Origin: an uncultured Ruminococcus sp.
Lineage (GTDB): Bacteria; Bacillota; Clostridia; Oscillospirales; Ruminococcaceae
DNA: 64,000 bases
Assembly (NCBI GenBank): GCA_947566125.1
Contig: CANOIR010000003.1
Coordinates: forward strand, 3,239-67,238
Direction: 5' to 3'
Position 1 is the first letter of the stretch. The number at the start of each line of letters is the position of its first letter. Below, one piece after another: positions 19,738 through 28,339 of this stretch. The notes below the pieces were generated by a model. The model was not told the origin of the DNA, ran no database searches, and was given only the letters and a program-made list of their open reading frames with translations. The position numbers were made by a program, and so were the translations under genes.

Positions 19738-20883
19738 ATGAAAATATATAATGCAGTGATATATACTATGACCGACAAAGGCATTATCGACAGAGGATTT
19801 GTATCTGTTGAAAATGGAAAAATATCTGAGGTTTCCAGCGGATACCCTGATAATATTTCCGTAGAAGATATTGACGCAGAAGGCAGTATACTTCTACCTG
19901 GTTTTATTGATGCACACACTCACCTTGGCATTTTAGAAAACGGACTTGATTTTGAAGGAGATGACTGCAACGAAGCATCCGATCCATTCACTCCACAAAT
20001 GAGAGCTATCGATGGCGTAAACCCTTTGGATTTCTGCTTTGAAGAAGCCAGACGGAGCGGTGTTACTGCTGTTATGACTTCTCCGGGCAGTGCAAATGCC
20101 TGCGGCGGTTCTATGCTTGTTATGAAAACTATGGGCGTTTGTGCCGATGATATGGCAATAGCTACAGCGGGAATTAAATTTGCTCTTGGCGAAAATCCAA
20201 AGAATGTATACAATAACAGAGATGAAGCACCTAAAACAAGAATGGCTACAGCGGCAATCATACGTGAAGGACTTTATAAGGCTAAGCGTTATCTTTCCGA
20301 TTGCGAAACAGCTGATGATGATACTGAACTTCCGGATTATGATGCTAAATGTGAATCGCTTATTCCACTTCTAAAAGGTGATATGAAAGCTCATTTTCAC
20401 TGTCATCGTGCTGATGATATATGCACCGCTATACGTATTGCAAAGGAATTTCACCTTGACGCTGTAATCGTTCACGGAACAGAGGCACATCTTATTCCTG
20501 AAATAATAAAAAGAGCCGACATTCCGGTAATATGCGGACCTACTCTTTGCGACAGATGCAAGCCTGAGATGAAAAATCTCACTATAAACAATCCGGCAAT
20601 TCTGAAAAAAAATGGAATTCAAACAGCTATATGCACTGACCATACTGTTATACCGGTGCAGTATTTGTCTACTTGTGCTGCCCTTGCTGTAAAAGGCGGA
20701 ATGTCAACAGAAGACGCACTTTACAGCATAACAATGGGAGCATCAAAAATCCTTGGAACTGAAAAACACATCGGATGTATAGCAAAAGGAATGGACGCTG
20801 ATCTTCAGCTGTACAGAAAAAATCCGCTTGACCTAACAGAAGATCCTTGGCTAGTAATGATAGACGGAAAGGAGTGCTTCTGA
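19738..20883 (+). CDS. Metal-dependent amidohydrolase (imidazolonepropionase-like)
   Basis: PGFIDAHTHLG, KFALGENPK, HCHRADD and TDH motifs. Confidence 0.88.
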   Translation: MKIYNAVIYTMTDKGIIDRGFVSVENGKISEVSSGYPDNISVEDIDAEGSILLPGFIDAHTHLGILENGLDFEGDDCNEASDPFTPQMRAIDGVNPLDFCFEEARRSGVTAVMTSPGSANACGGSMLVMKTMGVCADDMAIATAGIKFALGENPKNVYNNRDEAPKTRMATAAIIREGLYKAKRYLSDCETADDDTELPDYDAKCESLIPLLKGDMKAHFHCHRADDICTAIRIAKEFHLDAVIVHGTEAHLIPEIIKRADIPVICGPTLCDRCKPEMKNLTINNPAILKKNGIQTAICTDHTVIPVQYLSTCAALAVKGGMSTEDALYSITMGASKILGTEKHIGCIAKGMDADLQLYRKNPLDLTEDPWLVMIDGKECF

Positions 20884-20885
20884 TA

Positions 20886-21374
20886 ATGGATATAGACGAA
20901 GAAATGAAAAAGATGGAAGATGAAATAAAAGCGGAAAAACAAAAGAACAAAAACAAAAAAACAACATCATCCACCTACTCACCAAGCGTAGAAAAGAAAA
21001 AAACAAATCCACTTCTTGAATTTTTAATAGGCTTTGTAATGCTTGGCGGCGGTATTTACTGGGTTCTTAACTCATTTGTTGTATCCTTTTCATGGGGTAG
21101 TATATGGAGCAGTTTCGGTATGAGTCCGGCTCTTTCAACTGGTCTTATGCTAATACCACTCTTTGTGGGAATAGGTCTTGCGTTTTTCATGGAGAAAAAA
21201 GCTCTACCGGGTGCTGTGATAGCCCTTGGAGTGCTTATAATTCTTATAACACTGCTCACAAGCGTTCGATTTAGACCACTTTCAGCTTCATTATGGCAAT
21301 ATATAGTCATGTTTAGCATGATCGCTGCCGGAACAGGTCTTCTTGCAAAGTCACTTTTTAAAAAAAGTGAATAA
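20886..21374 (+). CDS. Hypothetical 4-TM membrane protein with charged N-terminus
   Basis: ATG 20886 after GGAAAGGAG; four hydrophobic segments. Confidence 0.75.
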   Translation: MDIDEEMKKMEDEIKAEKQKNKNKKTTSSTYSPSVEKKKTNPLLEFLIGFVMLGGGIYWVLNSFVVSFSWGSIWSSFGMSPALSTGLMLIPLFVGIGLAFFMEKKALPGAVIALGVLIILITLLTSVRFRPLSASLWQYIVMFSMIAAGTGLLAKSLFKKSE

Positions 21375-21502
21375 AAACTGGTATTATTCAGAAAAAAATC
21401 AAAAAAAGTATTCCCATATGAAAAAATATGTGATATAATGATTAAGTACAAAATTTGTGCAACAAATAATATTTTAATGTTTTATCAAGAGGTGTATATA
21501 AA

Positions 21503-22570
21503 ATGGAAATCAAAAAAACTCTTACAACAACACCTAAGGCTAAGCCTACAGATGAAAGCAAGCTTGGCTTTGGCCACGTTTTCACTGACCATATGCTGGT
21601 TATGCCTTATGATACTGGCAAGGGCTGGCATGATCCAGAAATCATTCCTTATGGCAATCTTTCATTAAGTCCGGCTGCAATGTGTTTGCATTATGGTCAG
21701 ACAGTATTTGAAGGTATGAAGGCTTATCGTGCTGCTGATGATTCTATCCAGCTTTTCCGTCCTGAGGAAAACTTTAAAAGACTTAATAAGTCAAATGAGC
21801 GTCTTGTTATTCCGGAACTTCCTGTTGACCTTGCTATGCAGTGCTTAAAGGAACTCCTTGAAGTTGATAAGGATTGGGTTCCACATATGGACGGCACTTC
21901 ACTCTATATTCGTCCATTTATAATTGCAGCTGACCCATTCCTTGGCGTACGTCCTGGTGACCAGTATTTGTTCATTATCATTCTCAGTCCATCTGGTGCA
22001 TATTATGCTTCCGGTTTGAATCCTGTAAATATTTACGTTGAAGATAAGTATGTTCGTGCCGTAAGAGGCGGTATGGGCTTCGCTAAGACAGGCGGCAACT
22101 ATGCTGCTTCTCTCCACAGCCAAGATGATGCTCACAAAATCAATTACTCACAGGTTCTGTGGCTTGACGGCGTAGAACAGAAGTATATTGAAGAAGTTGG
22201 TGCTATGAATATCTTCTTCGTTATTGACGGCGAAATAGTTACACCATCACTTGAAACAGGTTCTATTCTGGGCGGTATCACAAGAAAGTCTACAATCGAA
22301 CTTTGTAAGAGCTGGGGCATGAAAGTTTCTGAAAAACGTATAACCATTCAAGAAGTTGCAGATGCCTATGATGCGGGTAAGCTTGATGAAGTATTTGGTA
22401 CTGGTACAGCTGCCGTTATTTCTCCTGTTGGTCATCTCAAGTGGGAAGACAAGGTAATGGAAATCAATGACAATAAGATCGGATCCATTTCTCAGAAGAT
22501 CTATGATACACTTACAGGTATTCAGTGGGGTAAGGTTGATGACACATTTGGCTGGACTCAAAAGCTCTAA
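21503..22570 (+). CDS. ilvE: Branched-chain amino acid aminotransferase
   Basis: LHYGQTVFEGMKAY, YIRPF, AKTGGNYAAS and FGTGTAAVISP motifs. Confidence 0.96.
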   Translation: MEIKKTLTTTPKAKPTDESKLGFGHVFTDHMLVMPYDTGKGWHDPEIIPYGNLSLSPAAMCLHYGQTVFEGMKAYRAADDSIQLFRPEENFKRLNKSNERLVIPELPVDLAMQCLKELLEVDKDWVPHMDGTSLYIRPFIIAADPFLGVRPGDQYLFIIILSPSGAYYASGLNPVNIYVEDKYVRAVRGGMGFAKTGGNYAASLHSQDDAHKINYSQVLWLDGVEQKYIEEVGAMNIFFVIDGEIVTPSLETGSILGGITRKSTIELCKSWGMKVSEKRITIQEVADAYDAGKLDEVFGTGTAAVISPVGHLKWEDKVMEINDNKIGSISQKIYDTLTGIQWGKVDDTFGWTQKL

Positions 22571-22611
22571 TATAAATTTAATTTAGGCTAAAAATAAATA
22601 TTAAACAAATT

Positions 22612-22658
22612 GGCGTAAGGTTTAACTTAAAAAGTTTGAAACCTTACGCCGATTTTTT
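22612..22658. terminator. Intrinsic terminator between convergent ilvE and small ORF
   Basis: 12-bp stem GGCGTAAGGTTT/AAACCTTACGCC followed by a T-tract. Confidence 0.8.
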
Positions 22659-22929
22659 ATTCCACAGAGTTGATCTGCTTTTCAGAATATTCGGATTGCT
22701 TTGCTGCATTCAATTTTTCAAGGTTATTCACAAGATAATCTGTACTGCGGTATACACTTCTGTTTATTGGAGGCTCATACGTCACTTCAATATTTCCATC
22801 TGAATTTTTTTCCAAAATAAGCTTAAGATTTTTTGGAAGCCTTACTCCCCATCTTTTCTTAGTATAAATTATACATCTTTTTATCTCTTCGTCCGTAAAA
22901 CTGCCGCACTTTATTTCCGTCTGCATCAT
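22657..22929 (-). CDS. Small protein with NrdD C-terminal (glycyl-radical domain)-like tail, Gly replaced by Asp
   Basis: AGAGAGGTG RBS and own terminator. RSTDYLVNNLEKLNAAKQSEYSEK aligns with NrdD RITGYLVGTLDRFNDAKRSEEHDR from this window. Confidence 0.75.
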   Translation of the reverse strand: MMQTEIKCGSFTDEEIKRCIIYTKKRWGVRLPKNLKLILEKNSDGNIEVTYEPPINRSVYRSTDYLVNNLEKLNAAKQSEYSEKQINSVE

Positions 22930-23075
22930 TTATAAAAACACCTCTCTTAATTTTAATAATATAATAACACAACGCTGACCTAAATATATTGACAAACAAT
23001 GAATTTATAAAAAATTTGCGTCTTAAACCAATATCTGCTGCATACCATTTTTTTAAAGAGATGGAGGTGTTTTTT

Positions 23076-25610
23076 ATGGCAGGACTTACAGAACGTGAAG
23101 CACAGGCACGTCTGCGTGCAGAAGGTGAAAATTCACTGGCACAAGGAAAGCAAACGGGTATCATGAAAATATTTCTCGGACAATTCCGAGATTTTATGGT
23201 AATGATACTTCTTGTCGGTGCTGTTATAGCTGCACTTTTGGGTGAAGTTACTGACGCTGTCACTATTATACTTATTGTTCTTTTAAATGCTATACTTGGA
23301 TTTGTACAGGAATATCGCACCGAAAGAACACTTGAAGCACTAAGAAATATGACGGCACCAAAGGCAACGGTCTGCCGTGATGGAAAATGGCAAAAGCTGC
23401 CTGCAAAACTGCTTGTATGCGGTGACTTGATTCGTATAGAAGCAGGTGACAATGTTCCGGCTGATTGTGCTGTGACAGAAAGTCAAGGTCTGGCTGTTCA
23501 GGAATCAATTCTAACAGGTGAATCTGAACCAGTTTCCAAAACGGTTGTACAGCCGATGCCAAGTTCAAATGCTCTGCATCAGAAAGGTGTACTTTATTCA
23601 GGTACAGGTGTTCTGAAAGGAAGCGGTGAAGGAATAGTTATTGCAACAGGAGTAAATACTCAGATGGGTAAAATATCTGAAAGCCTTTCTGATATTGAAG
23701 ATTCTATGACGCCATTACAGAAACGTCTTGCAGGGCTTGGAAAAGTTGTTGGCTCTTTATGTATAGGCGTATGCATTGTTGTATTTTTAGCAGGCATTTT
23801 ACGTGGCGAACCGTTTTTTGATATGATCATGACAGGTATAACCATAGCAATTGCAGCTATTCCAGAAGGTTTGCCCGCTACAGTAACAATAGCTCTTGCA
23901 CTCGCTGTAAGCAGAATGAGGCAACATAATGCACTTGTTAATCGTCTTCACAGTGTAGAAACTCTCGGCTGTGCAAATGTAATATGCTCCGATAAAACCG
24001 GAACAATTACAGAAAATAAAATGACAGTTACTGAAATAAGACTTCTAGGCGAATGTTTCAATGTGACCGCAAACAGCATTGCCAAAGGCAGAGAAAACAT
24101 TAGTGTAAATTCCAACACTGCTCTTTCAGAACTGCTTCACTGCGGAATATTATGCAGCACCGCAACTGAAACAGAAGGCGATCCAACAGAAACTGCAATA
24201 ATAACAGCAGCAAAAAAAGCCGGTCTTTATGCAGAAAGAATAAGATCAAAATATCCACGAATTTCAATAGAACCGTTCGACAGCGATAAAAAATATATGA
24301 GAGTGACTATTAGAAACGGTTCAAAAGAAAAGGTATATGTAAAAGGTGCTGCTGATGTTCTGCTTAAAATGTGTAAAAAATGTCTGTATAACGGAATTTG
24401 CACTGATCTCACTCCAGAGCTTTTGCAAGATATAGAGAGATCTACATCTGACATGTCTGACAAAGCACTGAGAGTCTTGGGATTTGCATATGGCGAAAAT
24501 GATAGTGAACTTGTATTTGCCGGACTTTGCGGAATGGAAGATCCGCCACGAGCAGCAGCAAAAGCTGCTATACGCCTGTGCAGCCATGCAAGAATAAGAA
24601 CTGTTATGATAACAGGCGATCATCCTAAAACGGCTTCTGCAATTGCAAAAAAAGCAGGCATTCAAAGAGCAGGTCATGTATTGACCGGTGCGCAAATCGA
24701 TACCATGTCAGACAGTGAACTGGCAGCGGATGCCGACAGATATGGTGTGTTTGCAAGAGTAAGTCCTGCACACAAACTTCGTCTTGTAAGGGCATTTCAG
24801 GCAAATGGTGCTGTAGTTGCAATGACAGGCGATGGCGTAAACGATGCACCTGCAATAAAAGCTGCTGATGTAGGCGTTGCAATGGGAAAATGTGGCACAG
24901 ATGTGGCACGTCAGGCTGCCGATGTTGTATTGCTTGACGATAATTTTGAAACGCTTGTAAGTGCCGTAGAACAGGGACGATGCGTTTATGCGAATATAAG
25001 AAAATTCGTGCGTTATCTTCTCTCATGCAATATAGGAGAAGTGGCAACAATGTTCCTTGGAATACTTGTAGGAATGCCCACACCATTGCTGCCAGTGCAA
25101 ATTCTTCTTGTAAATCTGGTAACAGATAGTTTGCCGGCAATTGCATTGGGCCTTGAACCACCTGATCCAGACGATATGTACTCACCGCCACGAAATAAAA
25201 ATGATGGATTCTTTTCTGGCGGACTAATGCAAAAGATCGGACTTAGGGGTATACTCATAGGTCTTTGCACTCTTGGTTCATTCAGCACTGCCATGCGTTT
25301 AGAAGGTACCCTTGCAGGTGCAAGAACTGCTGCTCTCTGTACACTTATTCTCTCACAGCTTGTTCATGTATTTGAATGCAAATCAGAGAAAAAGGGTCTC
25401 TTCAGCATAAATTACACAAACAACATGAAACTTGTCGGTGCTGTCTTGATTTCATTTGCAGCACTTATCGCAGCAGTTCAAATACCAGTTATGCAGGTGA
25501 TTTTCGGCACTGTTGCACTAAGTCCATTGGGCTGGATCTCTGCAATAGGATTTTCAATTGCCGTTCCTATATGTGCTTCACTTGCCCTTTCAGGCAGAAA
25601 ATCAAAATAA
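23076..25610 (+). CDS. Cation (Ca2+)-translocating P-type ATPase
   Basis: TGES, AIPEGLP, CSDKTGT, KGA, TGD and GDGVNDAPA motifs. Start at ATG 23076 after GGAGGTG. Confidence 0.93.
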   Translation: MAGLTEREAQARLRAEGENSLAQGKQTGIMKIFLGQFRDFMVMILLVGAVIAALLGEVTDAVTIILIVLLNAILGFVQEYRTERTLEALRNMTAPKATVCRDGKWQKLPAKLLVCGDLIRIEAGDNVPADCAVTESQGLAVQESILTGESEPVSKTVVQPMPSSNALHQKGVLYSGTGVLKGSGEGIVIATGVNTQMGKISESLSDIEDSMTPLQKRLAGLGKVVGSLCIGVCIVVFLAGILRGEPFFDMIMTGITIAIAAIPEGLPATVTIALALAVSRMRQHNALVNRLHSVETLGCANVICSDKTGTITENKMTVTEIRLLGECFNVTANSIAKGRENISVNSNTALSELLHCGILCSTATETEGDPTETAIITAAKKAGLYAERIRSKYPRISIEPFDSDKKYMRVTIRNGSKEKVYVKGAADVLLKMCKKCLYNGICTDLTPELLQDIERSTSDMSDKALRVLGFAYGENDSELVFAGLCGMEDPPRAAAKAAIRLCSHARIRTVMITGDHPKTASAIAKKAGIQRAGHVLTGAQIDTMSDSELAADADRYGVFARVSPAHKLRLVRAFQANGAVVAMTGDGVNDAPAIKAADVGVAMGKCGTDVARQAADVVLLDDNFETLVSAVEQGRCVYANIRKFVRYLLSCNIGEVATMFLGILVGMPTPLLPVQILLVNLVTDSLPAIALGLEPPDPDDMYSPPRNKNDGFFSGGLMQKIGLRGILIGLCTLGSFSTAMRLEGTLAGARTAALCTLILSQLVHVFECKSEKKGLFSINYTNNMKLVGAVLISFAALIAAVQIPVMQVIFGTVALSPLGWISAIGFSIAVPICASLALSGRKSK

Positions 25611-25611
25611 A

Positions 25612-26463
25612 TTAAAGCGACTGAGCATCCGCAAATGTAAATTCGGGATGAAGTGCAAGATTTATTCCACATGAGATCATACCGGCTGCGTGATCTATAA
25701 GTCTGTCAATATCTCTTGGCGTGACCATCATATTTGGACTGTCTTCCGGTATATCCTGCCCTGTAATCGCCCTTGCTACAGTGTGCAGATCAACTACTGT
25801 AGGCACACCAATGGCAATTACAGGTATACCTAGAGTATGTTCTGACAGCTCCAAACGCTTATTATCAACGCCGCTTCCAGGGCATATTCCACTGTCACAC
25901 ATTTGAATTGTCGTGCCAAGCCTTGAAAGCTCGGCACACGCCAAGGCATCTATCGCTATAACTGCTGAGGGATTTATTTTTTCACATACTGCTGAAATTA
26001 TCTCTGCTGTTTCCATTCCGGTCTGTCCTAAAACTCCGCTTTGGATAACGCTGACAGGACGCAATGATCTAAGGAAATCAGCTTCGCCCTCTGCAAGTTC
26101 CTGTCTAAGATGACGTGTTGCCAAAATCTTTCCGGCAGCTCTTGGACCTAATGCATCCGGAGTAATGGCACTATTGCCAAGTCCGGCTATAAGAACCGGT
26201 CCATCTGACGGCAAGAATGAGGAAAGTTCAAGTGAAAACTCTTCTGTCATTTCCTGATAGTTATCTGAAAATCGGCTGAGTGCAGAAGTTTCAAGCGTAA
26301 GATATTTTCCTTTTGGTTTTCCTATTCGTCTGCCGCTTGAATCGCTGTCAATTCTTATATCTGTTATTCTAAATGCATTTCCTCTTATTGTACTGTGAAT
26401 TCCACTATCATTATATGAATCTTGACTTATTCTTTCAAGGGCAAGGTCCGTTCTTGCAGCCAT
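25612..26463 (-). CDS. gpr: Germination protease GPR (spore protease)
   Basis: RTDLALE, GLGN..ITPDALGP, IDALA, GIPVIAIGVPTVVD and MMVTPRDID motifs; divergent from rpsT. Confidence 0.93.
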   Translation of the reverse strand: MAARTDLALERISQDSYNDSGIHSTIRGNAFRITDIRIDSDSSGRRIGKPKGKYLTLETSALSRFSDNYQEMTEEFSLELSSFLPSDGPVLIAGLGNSAITPDALGPRAAGKILATRHLRQELAEGEADFLRSLRPVSVIQSGVLGQTGMETAEIISAVCEKINPSAVIAIDALACAELSRLGTTIQMCDSGICPGSGVDNKRLELSEHTLGIPVIAIGVPTVVDLHTVARAITGQDIPEDSPNMMVTPRDIDRLIDHAAGMISCGINLALHPEFTFADAQSL

Positions 26464-26554
26464 TATATCAGCTCCTTTTTATATTAAAGAAATATTTGTG
26501 CGTTTTTACCGTAATTGGGGATAAAAAATCGTTATTTTATTTAAATAATAACTA

Positions 26555-26583
26555 TTGCATTATTTTATAAATCGTGGTATAAT
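26555..26583 (+). promoter_or_regulatory. Sigma-A promoter of rpsT
   Basis: TTGCAT (26555), 17 bp spacer, TATAAT (26578) with extended -10 TG. Confidence 0.7.
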
Positions 26584-26589
26584 AAGATT

Positions 26590-26725
26590 TAGTCATGATG
26601 CGATTAAACCCAATTGCATTGGCAAATGGTCGTACCATCTTGCAGGAAGCGGTACCGTGTCAATTCCGTTTCTATGATATGACTTTGCTTATCGGATATT
26701 CACGGAAAATCCGACCATAAAAAAC
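26590..26725 (+). promoter_or_regulatory. Putative structured 5' leader of rpsT
   Basis: Stems AGTCAT/ATGACT, TGCGATT/AATTGCA, GTACC/GGTAC and TCGGAT/ATCCGA found by eye. Confidence 0.45.
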
Positions 26726-26740
26726 AAGGAGGTGGCACAA

Positions 26741-27001
26741 ATGCCAAATATTAAATCTGCTAAGAAGAGAGTAAAGGTTATCAAGACTAAGACTGCACTC
26801 AACAAGTCAAGAAAGTCAAATATGAAGACTCTTATCAAGAAGGCTGATGCAGCTTGCAAAAACAACGCTGCTGATAAAGACGCTGCTATCAAGGTAGCTA
26901 TCAAGCGTGTAGACCAGGCTTGCGCAAAGGGTCTTATGCACAAGAATGCTGCAGCTAGAAAGAAGTCTCAGTTGATGAAGAAGCTGAATGCAGCTGGCTA
27001 A
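26741..27001 (+). CDS. rpsT: 30S ribosomal protein S20
   Basis: MPNIKSAKKR...HKNAAARKKSQL; AAGGAGGTG RBS. Confidence 0.98.
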   Translation: MPNIKSAKKRVKVIKTKTALNKSRKSNMKTLIKKADAACKNNAADKDAAIKVAIKRVDQACAKGLMHKNAAARKKSQLMKKLNAAG

Positions 27002-27036
27002 GTCATTACTTAGTCTGTACTAAAGTATAAAAATTG

Positions 27037-27072
27037 GGCTGTTGCGTTAAATATCGCAGCAGCCTTTTTTGT
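27037..27072 (+). terminator. rpsT intrinsic terminator
   Basis: GGCTGTTGCG/CGCAGCAGCC stem followed by a T-run. Confidence 0.75.
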
Positions 27073-27092
27073 AGTTCAAATAAAATTTATTA

Positions 27093-27320
27093 TCATTTAT
27101 AATTTGATTTAGGATAAGGACTTTTTTCATCAGTTCTTCCCATAAGATAATCAACACTGGTATTATAAAATTCAGCTAGAGATTGCCATACAAAGCTTGG
27201 TATGTCATTTTCGCCTGTTTCATATTTGGAATAACCCGTTTGTGACATATTTAGATATTCAGCGATTTGCTTTTGAGTCAAATCAGCATCTTCTCTTAAA
27301 TTACGTATTCTATTATGCAT
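27093..27320 (-). CDS. XRE-family HTH regulator
   Basis: RIRNLREDADLTQKQIAEYL..SQTGYSKYETGENDIP..SVDYLMG. Confidence 0.92.
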   Translation of the reverse strand: MHNRIRNLREDADLTQKQIAEYLNMSQTGYSKYETGENDIPSFVWQSLAEFYNTSVDYLMGRTDEKSPYPKSNYK

Positions 27321-27353
27321 AATTACTCCCCTAATTTATAGGTTATAAGCAAA

Positions 27354-27581
27354 TTATTTTTTACTTTTGGGATAAGGCTTTTTCTCATCAGTCAAGCCAA
27401 GCAAATAATCCACACTGGTATCATAAAACTTGGCAAGTGCAACAAGCACTTCGGTTGGAATATCTCTTGTTCCAATCTCATATCGGGAATATGTGACTTG
27501 TGTGCAGTGGAGATATTCCGCCAAATCACGCTGATATAAGTCAGCATCTTCACGTAAATTTCTAACTCTTTCGTACTGCAT
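27354..27581 (-). CDS. XRE-family HTH regulator (paralog of 27093-27320)
   Basis: RVRNLREDADLYQRDLAEYL..TQVTYSRYEIGTRDIP; start at ATG 27581 after AAGGAGTGA. Confidence 0.92.
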   Translation of the reverse strand: MQYERVRNLREDADLYQRDLAEYLHCTQVTYSRYEIGTRDIPTEVLVALAKFYDTSVDYLLGLTDEKKPYPKSKK

Positions 27582-27613
27582 ATCATCACTCCTTTTATGA
27601 AATATTATATAGC

Positions 27614-27658
27614 AAACCAAATTGGTATATTGACATATAAACCGAATTGGTATATAAT
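27614..27658 (+). promoter_or_regulatory. Consensus promoter overlapped by a 17-bp operator-like direct repeat pair
   Basis: TTGACA (27630), 17 bp spacer, TATAAT (27653). AAACCAAATTGGTATAT (27614-27630) and AAACCGAATTGGTATAT (27639-27655) match 16/17. Confidence 0.8.
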
Positions 27659-27681
27659 ATTTCAATGAAAGGTGGTATATT

Positions 27682-27882
27682 ATGATGATACAAAATGAAT
27701 ATATAAGATATAAAAAAGCTTATTTTTGTTTGCTTTGTGCTATGTGTGATGCTATCGAGCTTTTAGAAAGTATCCTTACAGAAATTGATGTACAAAATGA
27801 AACAAAAAAGCTGCTGACAGCTGAAATCGAACGTCTTAAAGCTGTACAGCAGCAAACAGAGGAATTTATTATATCAGACTAA
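27682..27882 (+). CDS. Small helical hypothetical protein divergent from the XRE pair
   Basis: GAAAGGTGG RBS, perfect promoter upstream, YKKAYFCLLCAMCDAIELLE...QQQTEEFII. Confidence 0.7.
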   Translation: MMIQNEYIRYKKAYFCLLCAMCDAIELLESILTEIDVQNETKKLLTAEIERLKAVQQQTEEFIISD

Positions 27883-27888
27883 AATATA

Positions 27889-28239
27889 TCACTCTGCTCC
27901 AAGTCCAAAACTTATTTGCAATGCGTTATTTATTTGAGTCATAGAACCGGTATCAAGTGTTCCCATCTTATCTTTAAGTCTGCGTTTGTCAATTGTACGT
28001 ATTTGTTCCAAAAGAACAATGCTGTCCTTTGTAAGTCCGCACGAATCCGCACTTACCGGAATATGAGTAGGCAGCTTTGCCTTATCTTTCTGGCTGGTAA
28101 TTGCCGCTGCGATTACTGTTGGACTGTGTCTGTTGCCAATATCATTCTGCACGATAAGTACGGGTCTAACTCCGCCCTGTTCAGAGCCTACTACTGGGCT
28201 GAGATCTGCGTAATAGATGTCGCCACGTCTGACCATCAT
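27889..28239 (-). CDS. mazF: PemK/MazF (NdoA/EndoA-type) endoribonuclease toxin
   Basis: [44 protein letters not shown] and [13 protein letters not shown] motifs. Confidence 0.95.
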   Translation of the reverse strand: MMVRRGDIYYADLSPVVGSEQGGVRPVLIVQNDIGNRHSPTVIAAAITSQKDKAKLPTHIPVSADSCGLTKDSIVLLEQIRTIDKRRLKDKMGTLDTGSMTQINNALQISFGLGAE

Positions 28240-28339
28240 ATATATTCACTCCTATTTAAGAATTATACTCTGTCTGGATTATGCCCTGTTATTACTATTT
28301 TATGCACTGTTTAAATATAGGTGCAGAAAGGAATTTTTT

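Noticed and set aside
25612-27001. gpr divergent from rpsT
   Set aside because: Standard conserved arrangement in spore-forming Firmicutes
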